A stretch of DNA of 32,000 nucleotides from positions 60,001 to 92,000 of the forward strand of contig JAIRQE010000006.1 of the NCBI GenBank assembly GCA_031256725.1, given 5' to 3'. The position numbers were made by a program, and so were the translations under genes. Source of the stretch: Propionibacteriaceae bacterium (GTDB taxonomy: Bacteria > Actinomycetota > Actinomycetes > Propionibacteriales > Propionibacteriaceae). Below, in pieces: positions 8,369-17,344 of this stretch. Under the pieces are notes generated by a model. That model saw nothing but the letters and a program-made list of their open reading frames with translations. It was not told where the DNA came from and searched no databases. Numbering within the stretch: the stretch's first letter is position 1; every line of letters begins with the position of its first letter.

Positions 8369-9418
8369 ATGGCTCGCGTGATGCATGTTCTTTTATCTGG
8401 AGGATACTCTGGGGCAGAGAATGTGGCTGCGACCATTGCTCTGCTTGAAAAAGAGAATGAACATATCTATGTTTCTCCTCCAGGTGTCATTTCCTCTGTC
8501 TTGGAGCGGTTAGGTATTCGACACGTTGAGGTACCTAGGGTCACACCTTCAGCGATCTCGCGGGTGATCCGAGAACACTGCCCGAATGTCGTCCATGCCC
8601 ACGATATAGGAGCGGCAACCATAGTTGCCCTCGATCACCTTGTTCATCGACACTACCGATTGTTGACTCATATTCACTGCAACCATCCCAATATGCGTCG
8701 TGTAAGTGTCCGATCTTTGCTACTGCTTTTTGTGAACACTCAATCTGACGCACTTTTCGTAGTCTCACGTCCTGTGATCGACGACTATCTATTTAAGAAG
8801 TGGATTAAGACTCCGACGGTGCTTCCCAATGTCGTTAATGAGGAACTCATTATGGAGTCCAGCAGAAAGAGCCTGGCCAAAAATATTGATGTTGTATTTC
8901 TGGCTAGGCTCACTCACCCAAAGAACCCCCTCGGATTCATTGATGTCATAGCTGGAGTACGAAAGTCGATTCCGGGTCTGAAAGTCGTCGTCATTGGAGA
9001 CGGAGAACTGGCAGAACAGACGAAGGCCAAAACGGTCGGCGAAGGCCTTGAAGATGTCGTCGAATTCTTGGGTTTCCAGGCCAATCCTTATCCTTATGTT
9101 AAGCAGGCAAGAATCTGTGTCCTCACATCAGTATGGGAAGGCTATCCCATGTCGGCTCTTGAAGCCATGCTCTTAGGAGTGCCCATAGTATGTACCGATG
9201 TTGGGGGTTTGCCACAGATGGTCAACGACTCAGTGGGTAGGGTTTGTACGACTTTAGCTCAGATCGAAGAAGAAGTGATACATCTATTATCGGATCCTAA
9301 GTATCTTGAAGAAAAGACAGCCAAGACCACAGACCATGCTCGTCAAATCAACAATGTGAAGGGTTTCAAACAGATCCTTTCGAGCACCTATCACCGCCTA
9401 GCTGAGATGAGTCGGTAA
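8369..9418 (+). CDS. GT4-like glycosyltransferase
   Basis: E-x7-E block EGYPMSALEAMLLGVPIVCTDVGGLPQMV. Strong SD AAGGAGG upstream of ATG8369. Confidence 0.75.
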   Translation: MARVMHVLLSGGYSGAENVAATIALLEKENEHIYVSPPGVISSVLERLGIRHVEVPRVTPSAISRVIREHCPNVVHAHDIGAATIVALDHLVHRHYRLLTHIHCNHPNMRRVSVRSLLLLFVNTQSDALFVVSRPVIDDYLFKKWIKTPTVLPNVVNEELIMESSRKSLAKNIDVVFLARLTHPKNPLGFIDVIAGVRKSIPGLKVVVIGDGELAEQTKAKTVGEGLEDVVEFLGFQANPYPYVKQARICVLTSVWEGYPMSALEAMLLGVPIVCTDVGGLPQMVNDSVGRVCTTLAQIEEEVIHLLSDPKYLEEKTAKTTDHARQINNVKGFKQILSSTYHRLAEMSR

Positions 9419-9426
9419 ACACTGGA

Positions 9427-9456
9427 TTGACGGTGAATCGAAAGATTCACTATGAT
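9427..9456 (+). promoter_or_regulatory. Candidate tRNA-Gly promoter: -35 TTGACG, 18-nt spacer, -10 TATGAT
   Basis: Read directly. The -10 ends 26 nt before the tRNA 5' end. The spacer is itself a perfect hairpin GTGAATC-GAAA-GATTCAC (9433-9450), which could also stop the upstream operon. Confidence 0.4.
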
Positions 9457-9482
9457 GGCCAGGTTGTCTTGAGGACAATCAT

Positions 9483-9556
9483 GCGAATGTAGCTCAATGG
9501 TAGAGCCCCAGCCTTCCAAGCTGGTCATGCGGGTTCGATTCCCGTCATTCGCTCCA
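9483..9556 (+). tRNA. tRNA-Gly (anticodon UCC), CCA encoded
   Basis: Hand-folded cloverleaf. Acceptor GCGAATG/CATTCGC, anticodon stem CCAGC/GCTGG with loop CTTCCAA, T-arm GCGGG-TTCGATT-CCCGT, discriminator T, then CCA. Confidence 0.9.
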
Positions 9557-9561
9557 AAGAA

Positions 9562-10449
9562 CTAGAAACGTACGATCACCGTTGTTGATGACTGGGAGGA
9601 ATCGGTACGTCCAACCCAACCAGTCAGGGTCTTATCAGAGGCCTTCCATTCGTAGCTGCCAATTGTCACTTCTTTCACTCCGGTTTCAGTGGCCCAACTT
9701 TGTGCAAAAGCTGCCACGGACCATGCGATCTCTTCATTGGAGGCGGTGAGGGTGACGTAGGGGTCTTCGGATGATGTTCCTGGAGTCACCACAGCGTGTA
9801 CCGTTGCACCGTATGCTCGTGTCATTGAGGAAACTAAGAGTTCGGGGTTCGCGGGAGCTGGGTTATACACAATACAGGACCAGGACGCAGGGGTCTGGCC
9901 TGATAAGGATGAGGCTAGCAGCCGAGCGCGATCCACATGCTTGTCATAAGCATCAGGGAAGCCACTGCGTTGAACGGCTTGAGCCACGTCACCAATATCG
10001 GAGTTCTGCCAGTCGCTGACTTTCACCATCTCATCGAAGAATTTCCCTGTTGAATAGTAGGGATCCATGATCTGCTCCTCCGTACCCCAGCCTTGGGAGG
10101 GGCGCTGTTGGAAGATGCCGAGTGAATCGCGATCACCATAATCAAGGTTGCGGATATCGGACTCTTGGAAGGCGGTGGTGATTGCAATCGATACTGCCCG
10201 GGGTACTAGTCCGCGTTGGGCAGCGATACCTGCCATCAGGGAGGCGTACCTCGACTGATCTATGGTGATGCTTGCTGAGCCTGAATCGAGTTGTGCCCGG
10301 CACAGGGTGGCAGGTGGTGGGGGAGGATCTTCTACCCATAGGGACGAGGCCCAACGGTAGGCGCCCCAGAACCCTGCGATGAGTGCCAAGACGACGAGTC
10401 CTATGCCGAGGCCGATCATGATGGTTTTGAAGGTTGATGAATCTTTCAT
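9562..10449 (-). CDS. Membrane-anchored conserved actinobacterial protein with a lytic-transglycosylase-like motif
   Basis: N-terminal TM segment TIMIGLGIGLVVLALIAGFW, then a proline run. FQESDIRNLDYGDRDSLGIFQQRP parallels the SLT pattern E-S...G-L-M-Q. It starts 2 nt after the dapD stop, so it is probably co-transcribed. Confidence 0.5.
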   Translation of the reverse strand: MKDSSTFKTIMIGLGIGLVVLALIAGFWGAYRWASSLWVEDPPPPPATLCRAQLDSGSASITIDQSRYASLMAGIAAQRGLVPRAVSIAITTAFQESDIRNLDYGDRDSLGIFQQRPSQGWGTEEQIMDPYYSTGKFFDEMVKVSDWQNSDIGDVAQAVQRSGFPDAYDKHVDRARLLASSLSGQTPASWSCIVYNPAPANPELLVSSMTRAYGATVHAVVTPGTSSEDPYVTLTASNEEIAWSVAAFAQSWATETGVKEVTIGSYEWKASDKTLTGWVGRTDSSQSSTTVIVRF

Positions 10450-10451
10450 GT

Positions 10452-11369
10452 TCAGTTCCGATGTAGTTCAGTGTTCAGTTCAACTTTTCGAGAACCCCGA
10501 GGGAGGGCTTTAACCTGGCCGGTCACGGAGTCGCGGATATAGAGCCAATTGGCTTGTCCTGACAACTGCGATCCCTTCGAGATCGAACCATCAGGGAGGG
10601 TGACCTTTGTGCCGGCAGTGAGATAGAGTCCAGCTTCGATGATGCAGTCGTCTCCTAGGCTAATACCGAGTCCAGATTGGGCGCCTAATAAGCATCGCTG
10701 CCCGATGGTGACCATCTCTTTTCCGCCACCAGAGAGGGTACCCATGATGGAGGCACCACCACCGATATCTGAGCCATCGCCGACCACGACCCCTGCCGAG
10801 ATACGGCCTTCGACCATGGAGGTTCCCAGGGTCCCTGCATTAAAGTTAACAAAACCTTCATGCATGACGGTTGTTCCTTCGGCCAGGTGTGCTCCAAGGC
10901 GCACCCGGTCTGCATCCCCGATACGAACCCCTGAAGGGACAACGTAATCAACCATGCGAGGGAACTTGTCCACACTGTAGACAGTGAGGGTACCCAGGTT
11001 ACGCAACCGTGATCGTACCTCTTCAAAACCTTCTACGGCGCAGGGGCCAGCCGAGGTCCACACAACATTGGGGAGTATCCCAAAGATCCCCTCAAGGTTG
11101 ATCGTCCTGGGTTCGCTCAGGCGATGGGAGAGCAGGTGAAGACGAAGGTAGGCATCTGGTATGGATGCTGGAGGTTCGTCAAGGTCTATGGAGATGAAGG
11201 TGACTTCTTGGCGTACCTTACGTGAAGCCATGGTTGGATTCGGGGTGGGCTCATCGAGGTCGGCCTTTGTCCCTTCCCCCAACTGGAGTTGGGGGAACCA
11301 GCAGTCAAGAATGCCTGACTGGTCATGGATGGTCGCGATCCCCATGCCTGACGCTTTCCGAGAATTCAT
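10452..11369 (-). CDS. dapD: Tetrahydrodipicolinate N-succinyltransferase (actinobacterial type)
   Basis: [12 protein letters not shown] and hexapeptide-repeat C-terminal half. N-terminus [26 protein letters not shown] aligns with mycobacterial DapD as I recall it. I prefer ATG11369. The longest ORF starts at 11393. Confidence 0.85.
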   Translation of the reverse strand: MNSRKASGMGIATIHDQSGILDCWFPQLQLGEGTKADLDEPTPNPTMASRKVRQEVTFISIDLDEPPASIPDAYLRLHLLSHRLSEPRTINLEGIFGILPNVVWTSAGPCAVEGFEEVRSRLRNLGTLTVYSVDKFPRMVDYVVPSGVRIGDADRVRLGAHLAEGTTVMHEGFVNFNAGTLGTSMVEGRISAGVVVGDGSDIGGGASIMGTLSGGGKEMVTIGQRCLLGAQSGLGISLGDDCIIEAGLYLTAGTKVTLPDGSISKGSQLSGQANWLYIRDSVTGQVKALPRGSRKVELNTELHRN

Positions 11370-11376
11370 GGAGATA

Positions 11377-11382
11377 AGCCTA
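11377..11382 (-). promoter_or_regulatory. -10 box TAGGCT, 7 nt upstream of the dapD ATG (leaderless candidate)
   Basis: Minus strand reads TAGGCT-TATCTCC-ATG. No SD is present. Confidence 0.4.
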
Positions 11383-11468
11383 CTGGGCATCACTGTTAGT
11401 TTTCTCTAATTTTTAGCGAGATCTGCCTGGATGGAACATATGATGAGACGGATTCCGGTCCAGACGAC

Positions 11469-11474
11469 TAGGCT
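11469..11474 (+). promoter_or_regulatory. -10 box TAGGCT, 6 nt upstream of the dapE GTG (leaderless candidate)
   Basis: TAGGCT-AGACCT-GTG. No SD is present. Confidence 0.4.
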
Positions 11475-11480
11475 AGACCT

Positions 11481-12545
11481 GTGTTGAACTTGGCAGGCGA
11501 TATCCGTGTTTTGCTGCGAGATGTCGTTGATATTGAGTCGGTGAGCGGGAATGAGGCCAAGCTTGCGGACGAAGTTTTTGATGCACTGAACGTCTGCTCC
11601 CACCTTCATGTGACTCGTGTGGGGAACCTCATTGTTGCTCAAACCCACCTCGGGTGTTCCCAGCGTGTCGCCATAGCTGGCCATCTTGATACTGTACCAG
11701 TGGCCGGGAATTTGCCGAGTCGGGTACAGGCTATTGATGGTCGTGAAGCACTTGTCGGGCGAGGTACCTGCGATATGAAGGGTGGGGTCGCCGTGCAACT
11801 CAACCTTGCAGCTACCCTCACCAATCCCACCCGCGACATCACCTGGATCTTCTATGACTGTGAAGAGGTTGAGGCTTCTCGCAATGGCCTTGGCCGCCTT
11901 GCCGAGGTACACCCTGAGCTTCTCAAGGCTGATATGGCGATCCTGATGGAACCGACTGATGGTGTCGTTGAAGCCGGCTGCCAGGGTACCTTGAGGGTCA
12001 CCATTTCGACCACAGGTACTGCCGCACATTCGGCCAGGTCCTGGCTGGGGCATAATGCGATCCATGAGATGGTTGGAGCCCTTCAGATCCTCCAAGACTA
12101 CGAACCCGCTCAGGTGGATGTGGATGGATTGACCTACAGGGAGGGGCTCAATGCTGTAGGGATCTCTGGCGGTATTGCGGGTAATGTCATTCCAGATTTA
12201 TGTGAGCTTTCGGTGAATTATCGATTCGCGCCAGATAAGGATGAAAGTCAAGCCATACAGGTGGTTCGCGAGGTCTTTGCTGGGTACCCAATCGTAGTCG
12301 CAGACAGTGCTCCAGGGGCTATTCCGGGGCTTAGAACCCCTGCTGTCGCATCCTTTGTTGAGGCTATGGGCTCAGTACGTCCAAAGTACGGATGGACTGA
12401 CGTCTCGCGTTTTAGTGGACTTAGTATACCGGCTGTCAACTATGGCCCTGGTGATCCTAACCTGGCTCATACGGATGGTGAATATGTTTTCCTGGACAGT
12501 GTGGAATCCTGTCGGGACTCGCTCCACAACTGGTTGATCTCCTAG
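11481..12545 (+). CDS. dapE: Succinyl-diaminopimelate desuccinylase
   Basis: M20 peptidase motifs: DIESVSGNE and GHLDTVP. Divergent from dapD, as in other actinobacteria. Confidence 0.85.
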   Translation: MLNLAGDIRVLLRDVVDIESVSGNEAKLADEVFDALNVCSHLHVTRVGNLIVAQTHLGCSQRVAIAGHLDTVPVAGNLPSRVQAIDGREALVGRGTCDMKGGVAVQLNLAATLTNPTRDITWIFYDCEEVEASRNGLGRLAEVHPELLKADMAILMEPTDGVVEAGCQGTLRVTISTTGTAAHSARSWLGHNAIHEMVGALQILQDYEPAQVDVDGLTYREGLNAVGISGGIAGNVIPDLCELSVNYRFAPDKDESQAIQVVREVFAGYPIVVADSAPGAIPGLRTPAVASFVEAMGSVRPKYGWTDVSRFSGLSIPAVNYGPGDPNLAHTDGEYVFLDSVESCRDSLHNWLIS

Positions 12546-12563
12546 AATCTGCTTCCTGGCTTA

Positions 12564-12569
12564 TAGAAT
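12564..12569 (+). promoter_or_regulatory. -10 box TAGAAT, 7 nt upstream of the LOG-family ATG (leaderless candidate)
   Basis: TAGAAT-AATCCCT-ATG. No SD is present. Confidence 0.35.
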
Positions 12570-12576
12570 AATCCCT

Positions 12577-13305
12577 ATGGTTAAGGATTATCTCATTCGT
12601 GAACAAAGCGGTGTCATCCGTCGCGGCCCCCAAGCCTCAGTCGTCACAGCCGATCAGAAACTCTTGGAGCATGGTGATAATGGCTGGAAGAGTGGTGATC
12701 CTTGGCGGGTAATGAGGATTCAGGCGGAATTCGTTGAAGGTTTCGAGAATCTTGCAGGGCTTGGTCCAGCAATCTCAGTTTTTGGTTCTGCTCGAACACC
12801 CCAGGATCATCCCGAATACCAGACCTCCTATGAGGTTGGACGTCGTTTGGCTCAGGAGGACTACGCTGTTGTGACTGGGGGTGGTCCTGGCATTATGGAA
12901 GCGGCCAATAGGGGAGCCTATGAAGCTGGGGGAGTCTCTGTTGGGCTTGGGATTGAGTTACCCTTTGAACAGGCCCTCAACCAGTACCTCACCCTCGGGA
13001 TCATGTTCCGGTACTTCTTCGCACGCAAAACCATGTTCTTGAAGTACTCGCAAGGCTTTGTGGTGATGCCTGGTGGATTCGGTACACTCGATGAACTCTT
13101 TGAGGCGCTTGTCCTTGAACAGACACATAAGGTAACCCGTTTCCCCATCGTTCTCATGGGGAAGCAGTACTGGTCGGGGCTCATTGATTGGGTACGTACC
13201 TCCATGTTGTCCCATCACTTCATTTCCGCAGAGGATGTTAATGAAATTCCTATCACTGATGATGTGGATGAAGTCATCGCAATCATGAAGACTCAGACAG
13301 GCTAG
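12577..13305 (+). CDS. LOG-family (TIGR00730-type) nucleotide phosphoribohydrolase
   Basis: GGGPGIMEAANRGA and PGGFGTLDELFE motifs. Confidence 0.85.
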   Translation: MVKDYLIREQSGVIRRGPQASVVTADQKLLEHGDNGWKSGDPWRVMRIQAEFVEGFENLAGLGPAISVFGSARTPQDHPEYQTSYEVGRRLAQEDYAVVTGGGPGIMEAANRGAYEAGGVSVGLGIELPFEQALNQYLTLGIMFRYFFARKTMFLKYSQGFVVMPGGFGTLDELFEALVLEQTHKVTRFPIVLMGKQYWSGLIDWVRTSMLSHHFISAEDVNEIPITDDVDEVIAIMKTQTG

Positions 13306-13307
13306 TT

Positions 13308-13655
13308 ATGGAATGGTTTATTGCACTTATCGCTGTAGGGGTTCTTGGTTTTGCTGCAATGGCAGCTTCAGGTGGGCTTGGGCAATTCGGACCGGTACAC
13401 ATTGATCGAGTGTCCTTGGACCTGCCGAGTACCCCGCTGACCTCTCAAGGCATCTCGAAGCTCAGCTTCACAGTGGTACCTCGGGGGTACGCAATGGAGC
13501 AGGTCGATCTTGTCCTTGCACGGCTCGAAGAGCAGCTCAAATCCGAACCTGACGCGTCTCGTTCTTCCATCGCCCAAGAATCTGGAATAATAGAACCTGA
13601 CAAGTTGAACGACCAAAGGAATCACGATGGCAGCGATGAAACCTCGCACGGGTGA
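13308..13655 (+). CDS. Small membrane-anchored DivIVA-domain protein
   Basis: N-terminal TM segment WFIALIAVGVLGFAAMAA, then the DivIVA-domain signature F-x4-RGY-x3-VD (FTVVPRGYAMEQVDLVLARLEEQL). Confidence 0.7.
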   Translation: MEWFIALIAVGVLGFAAMAASGGLGQFGPVHIDRVSLDLPSTPLTSQGISKLSFTVVPRGYAMEQVDLVLARLEEQLKSEPDASRSSIAQESGIIEPDKLNDQRNHDGSDETSHG

Positions 13656-13809
13656 CGGGCCCATTGAGGTGACCAAGGAGGGGAGGGGCATTCTCTTGCG
13701 TTTCCCTGTAGACGGTGGGGGTCGTCTTGTGATTGAGATGAACGCCTCTGAAGCCAGTGGCCTCTACGAGGCGCTCCAACCTGTGGTTGCCCCGAAACCT
13801 AGTGAATAG
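13627..13809 (+). CDS. DUF3117-family small conserved actinobacterial protein
   Basis: MAAMKPRTGDGPIEVTKEGRGILLRFPVDGGGRLVIEM matches the highly conserved DUF3117 N-terminus as I recall it. It overlaps the upstream gene by 29 nt in another frame. Confidence 0.8.
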   Translation: MAAMKPRTGDGPIEVTKEGRGILLRFPVDGGGRLVIEMNASEASGLYEALQPVVAPKPSE

Positions 13810-13829
13810 TCTTGTAGGGACTATTCACT
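13801..13829. terminator. Perfect 11-bp hairpin between the convergent DUF3117 gene and glgA
   Basis: AGTGAATAGTC (13801-13811) pairs with GACTATTCACT (13819-13829), with a 7-nt loop. There is no clear U-tract on either strand. The left arm contains the DUF3117 stop codon. Confidence 0.5.
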
Positions 13830-13833
13830 AGAC

Positions 13834-15018
13834 CTATCCTTCAAAGAGTTCGATGGCCGTGGAGTACACATCGATCGTTTGATCGGCGATGGCGTCCCAC
13901 CCAAACTCTGTGAGACAGCGGGCCCGACCGGCTTTCCCGAATGCTTCTGCTTTGACGCGATCACGGGTAAGTGTGTTGACCGCATTAGCAAATCCTTCTT
14001 CGAAGGCCGCAATGGCTTGAGGATCGTCTGCTTGGGCTGGATCGTAGGAGACTAATATCCCTGTTTCACCATCAACCACAACTTCTGGAATCCCGCCCAC
14101 AGCAGAGGCAACAACAGCGGTTTCACAGGCCATGGCTTCCAGATTGACGATACCTAGGGGTTCGTAGATTGAGGGACAGGCGAATACTGTTGCCTGGGTG
14201 AGAATGCGGCGAAGGTCGAGTCTTGGTACCATGTCCACAACCCAGGTCACCCCAGAGCGCATGGTCTTCAAGGCTGAGAAAGCCTCGGTGAACTCCTGCT
14301 CAATCTCGGGTGTGTCAGGCGCCCCCGCTAAGAGCAGCAATTGGGTGTCTGGATCGAATTGTTGGGCCGCGCGTACCAAATGTACCAAACCCTTTTGTCG
14401 GGTGATTCGACCTACGAAGACCACGAGAGGTGCATCCAGATCTATCCCTAGTTCCACAAGCTTTGATGTTTGGGGATCGGGGAGGAACTCATCTGTATCG
14501 ATTCCGTTTCGTACAATAAAAACCCTGTCAGGGTCTAGCCCAGGATAGGAGGCGAGTACGTCGCGCCTCATGCCAGCGGAGACAGAGATGACCGCAGTTG
14601 CATCAAGGAAGGCCGTCTTCTCAGCCCAAGAGGATACACGGTACCCACCACCAAGCTGCTCGGATTTCCAGGGCCTGTGCGGCTCAAGAGAATGGGAGGT
14701 GACCACATGGGGGATGTTGAGCATCTTGGAGGTCCATAGCCCAGCCATATTTGCATACCAGGTGTGGGAGTGCACAATGTCGACATGGGGGACGGTTGCC
14801 GCAATCGCCACATCGGTACCCATGATCCTCAGGGCTGCGTTGGCTCCCTCAGGGAAGGTCTCTGGATGGGCGGTGGCCCCTTGCCGGGGTTCACCCATAC
14901 ACTGGACATCAACAAGATTACATTTGGGTTGTAAGTGGGCAACCAATTGTTCAACATGAACTCCAGCACCGCCATAAATAAAAGGCGGATATTCACGGGT
15001 GAGGATTGATACTCGCAT
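13834..15018 (-). CDS. glgA: Actinobacterial GT4 glycogen synthase (GlgA/GlgM type)
   Basis: MRVSILTREYPPFIYGGAGVHVEQL matches the mycobacterial GlgA(GlgM) N-terminus. I prefer ATG15018. The longest ORF starts at 15075. Confidence 0.85.
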   Translation of the reverse strand: MRVSILTREYPPFIYGGAGVHVEQLVAHLQPKCNLVDVQCMGEPRQGATAHPETFPEGANAALRIMGTDVAIAATVPHVDIVHSHTWYANMAGLWTSKMLNIPHVVTSHSLEPHRPWKSEQLGGGYRVSSWAEKTAFLDATAVISVSAGMRRDVLASYPGLDPDRVFIVRNGIDTDEFLPDPQTSKLVELGIDLDAPLVVFVGRITRQKGLVHLVRAAQQFDPDTQLLLLAGAPDTPEIEQEFTEAFSALKTMRSGVTWVVDMVPRLDLRRILTQATVFACPSIYEPLGIVNLEAMACETAVVASAVGGIPEVVVDGETGILVSYDPAQADDPQAIAAFEEGFANAVNTLTRDRVKAEAFGKAGRARCLTEFGWDAIADQTIDVYSTAIELFEG

Positions 15019-15125
15019 ACCTGAATCGTGCCATATCTTGGGCCTTTTGGGTACTCTTTGTCCCATCTGAGACATGATTTCGGAGAAACTTTGTGAAGGG
15101 GGTTGTCATCTACGTGAAATGGTCT

Positions 15126-15131
15126 TAGCGT
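15126..15131 (+). promoter_or_regulatory. -10-like TAGCGT, 7 nt upstream of the glgC ATG (leaderless candidate; ambiguous with a GGGGG SD)
   Basis: TAGCGT-AGGGGGC-ATG. Confidence 0.25.
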
Positions 15132-15138
15132 AGGGGGC

Positions 15139-16365
15139 ATGGCAGTCCGACCAAATGTCTTATCCCTTGTCCTCGCTGGTGGGGAGGGTAAGCGACTCAT
15201 GCCCCTCACTGAGGATCGCGCGAAACCAGCTGTCCCGTTTGGGGGGACCTACCGACTCATCGATTTTGTCTTGAGTAATCTTGTAAACTCCGGTTTTAGG
15301 AAAATCGCTGTTTTGACTCAGTACAAGTCCCATTCGCTTGACCGGCACATCTCCTTGACTTGGAGACTATCAACCCTGCTTAATCAATTCGTGACGACAG
15401 TACCAGCTCAGCAGCGTACTGGTAAGCAATGGTTCCAAGGCAGTGCAGATGCGATCTATCAGTCTTTGAACTTGATCGCAGATGATAAACCTGACTACGT
15501 AGTCGTTTTTGGTGCTGACAACATCTATCGCATGGATGTCGAGCAAATGCTTGATGCCCATATCGACTCGGGTCTTGCCTCAACAGTGGCAGGTATTCGG
15601 GTACCTCGTGATCAGGGCTCACAGTTTGGGATCATTGATGCTGCAGCTTCAGGGGTTATTCAACAGTTCTTGGAGAAACCCAAGGATCCACCAGGTCTGC
15701 CTGATTCCCCCAATGAGTGCTTTGCCTCAATGGGGAATTACATTTTCACGACGAAGGCTTTCGTGGACCTTCTCATGGCAGATGCCACCAACAATGACTC
15801 CCGACATGATATGGGTGGCAATCTCATTCCTGCTTTCGTTGCCGCGGGCGAGGCAGGGGTGTACGACTTCACGGTGAATGATATGCCGGGATCTACCGAC
15901 AAGGATCATAGTTATTGGAGAGATGTTGGTACCATCGATGCTTACCACGAAGCTCATATGGATTTGGTGAGCATTGATCCCGAGTTCAACCTGTACAACC
16001 GGCAGTGGCCCATTTGGACCCATCAAACCCAGTCTCCAGGTGCGAAGTTCGTATTACGTGGTACAGCAGAGGATTCCATTGTTTCTTCTGGATGCATCAT
16101 CTCAGGTGGTGATGTGGATAGATCTGTACTGAGTCCTGACTGTATGATTCATAAGTGGAGCCGAATTGATGAGTCGGTTCTATTTTCTGGTTGTCAGATT
16201 AGCGAGGGGGCGGTTGTCCGTCGGGCTATCCTTGACAAGAATGTGAAAGTGGCGCCACGCGTCGAGATTGGCGTGGACCATGATCATGACAGAGCACGAG
16301 GCTTCTTCGTATCGCCAAATGGCATTACGGTTGTCCCGAAAAATATGGTGGTGAACGAGGGTTAA
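15139..16365 (+). CDS. glgC: Glucose-1-phosphate adenylyltransferase
   Basis: [40 protein letters not shown] and [12 protein letters not shown]. Confidence 0.9.
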   Translation: MAVRPNVLSLVLAGGEGKRLMPLTEDRAKPAVPFGGTYRLIDFVLSNLVNSGFRKIAVLTQYKSHSLDRHISLTWRLSTLLNQFVTTVPAQQRTGKQWFQGSADAIYQSLNLIADDKPDYVVVFGADNIYRMDVEQMLDAHIDSGLASTVAGIRVPRDQGSQFGIIDAAASGVIQQFLEKPKDPPGLPDSPNECFASMGNYIFTTKAFVDLLMADATNNDSRHDMGGNLIPAFVAAGEAGVYDFTVNDMPGSTDKDHSYWRDVGTIDAYHEAHMDLVSIDPEFNLYNRQWPIWTHQTQSPGAKFVLRGTAEDSIVSSGCIISGGDVDRSVLSPDCMIHKWSRIDESVLFSGCQISEGAVVRRAILDKNVKVAPRVEIGVDHDHDRARGFFVSPNGITVVPKNMVVNEG

Positions 16366-16371
16366 GCTAGT

Positions 16372-16397
16372 AGGGTCATGGTTGCGGCATGAACCCT
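16372..16397 (+). terminator. Hairpin after glgC (9 bp with one bulge, no U-tract)
   Basis: AGGGTCATG-GTTGCGG-CATGAACCCT. Confidence 0.3.
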
Positions 16398-16446
16398 CAA
16401 TGCTGGTTCTCCACCATTATCCGATGTTGCAAAGGAGAAAAAAGAT

Positions 16447-16758
16447 ATGCCAATCCCACAGCTTTCTGCTGGCGAACTGGCTGCGGCACGAGCAAAGGCG
16501 ATCGTGGTCCGACGAGCTCGTACCGCCCTCAAAGACAAGGTCCGTTCAGGGGCTCTGAGCCCCACACAAGCACTCACTGAGGCTATTGCTGATCCTCAGT
16601 TAAAACTCATTAAGGTTTTCGATTTCTTGAAGGCTGTTCCTCGCATCGGCGAGAAGAAGGCCGAAGCTCTCATGGTGAAGTACTCTATCGCGTCCAGTCG
16701 TAGACTGGGGGGGCTGGGAATCCATCAGCTTGAGGGACTAAAGAAAGAGCTTGGGTGA
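16447..16758 (+). CDS. mihF: Actinobacterial integration host factor
   Basis: MPIPQLSAGELAAARAKAIVVRRARTALKDKVRSG. SD AAGGAG lies upstream. Confidence 0.85.
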   Translation: MPIPQLSAGELAAARAKAIVVRRARTALKDKVRSGALSPTQALTEAIADPQLKLIKVFDFLKAVPRIGEKKAEALMVKYSIASSRRLGGLGIHQLEGLKKELG

Positions 16759-17324
16759 GTTTTACACCAACCGTACTTGTTGGGCCGAGCGGTGTCGGCA
16801 AGGGGACTGTCTTGGCATCCCTGTGTGCCCGTTTCCCGAATGTATGGCTGTCTGTTTCGGTCACAACTCGCCATCCTCGTCCAGGTGAGATGAATGGGCA
16901 ACATTACTACTTCGTGTCCGAAGAGGAATTCGATAATTTAGTTGAGTCTGATGGACTCTTGGAATGGGCGCGTTATCAGTCGGCCCGATACGGTACCCCC
17001 AGGGCTGAGATTGAACAGAAGGTTGCCGAAGGTCGTGCAGTCATCATGGAGGTTGAAACCCAAGGTGCCCTCCAGATTATGGCTAGGCTCGACAAGGTGA
17101 GAACTATCTTTTTGATGCCTCCGTCTTTAGCGGAACTAGAATCGCGACTGAGGGGTCGCGGTACAGAATCTGATGAGTCGATTAAACTGAGACTCCAGAT
17201 CGCTAAGCATGAAATGTCCTTGATGGACGAGTTTGATCACATCATTGTCAACTCTGAAGTAGCGGTAGCGGTTGATGAGTTGGTAAACTTAATCGGTCTG
17301 TCTACCGGTGAGCAACTGGACTAG
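16755..17324 (+). CDS. gmk: Guanylate kinase
   Basis: P-loop [13 protein letters not shown] start/stop overlap with mihF. Confidence 0.9.
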   Translation: MSFTPTVLVGPSGVGKGTVLASLCARFPNVWLSVSVTTRHPRPGEMNGQHYYFVSEEEFDNLVESDGLLEWARYQSARYGTPRAEIEQKVAEGRAVIMEVETQGALQIMARLDKVRTIFLMPPSLAELESRLRGRGTESDESIKLRLQIAKHEMSLMDEFDHIIVNSEVAVAVDELVNLIGLSTGEQLD

Positions 17325-17344
17325 CTGAAAAGGAATACCTACAG

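Noticed and set aside
1-9556. Classical tRNA-targeted integrative island at tRNA-Gly
   Set aside because: There is no integrase, and I could see no direct repeat of the tRNA 3' end. The island lies 5' of the tRNA rather than 3'. Only the compositional shift is retained as evidence.
11406-12095. 229-aa ORF antisense to dapE, and the similar antisense ORFs 20179..20640 and 30900..31442 and the alternate-frame ORF 7814..8320
   Set aside because: All lie in alternate or antisense frames of confidently assigned genes. This is typical of GC-biased third positions.
16707-16713. G7 tract in mihF, and A7 tract at 3641-3647 in lic paralog 2, as phase-variation sites
   Set aside because: Both are shorter tracts. 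mihF is a core nucleoid gene where on/off switching is implausible, and A7 in a roughly 40% GC region is unremarkable.
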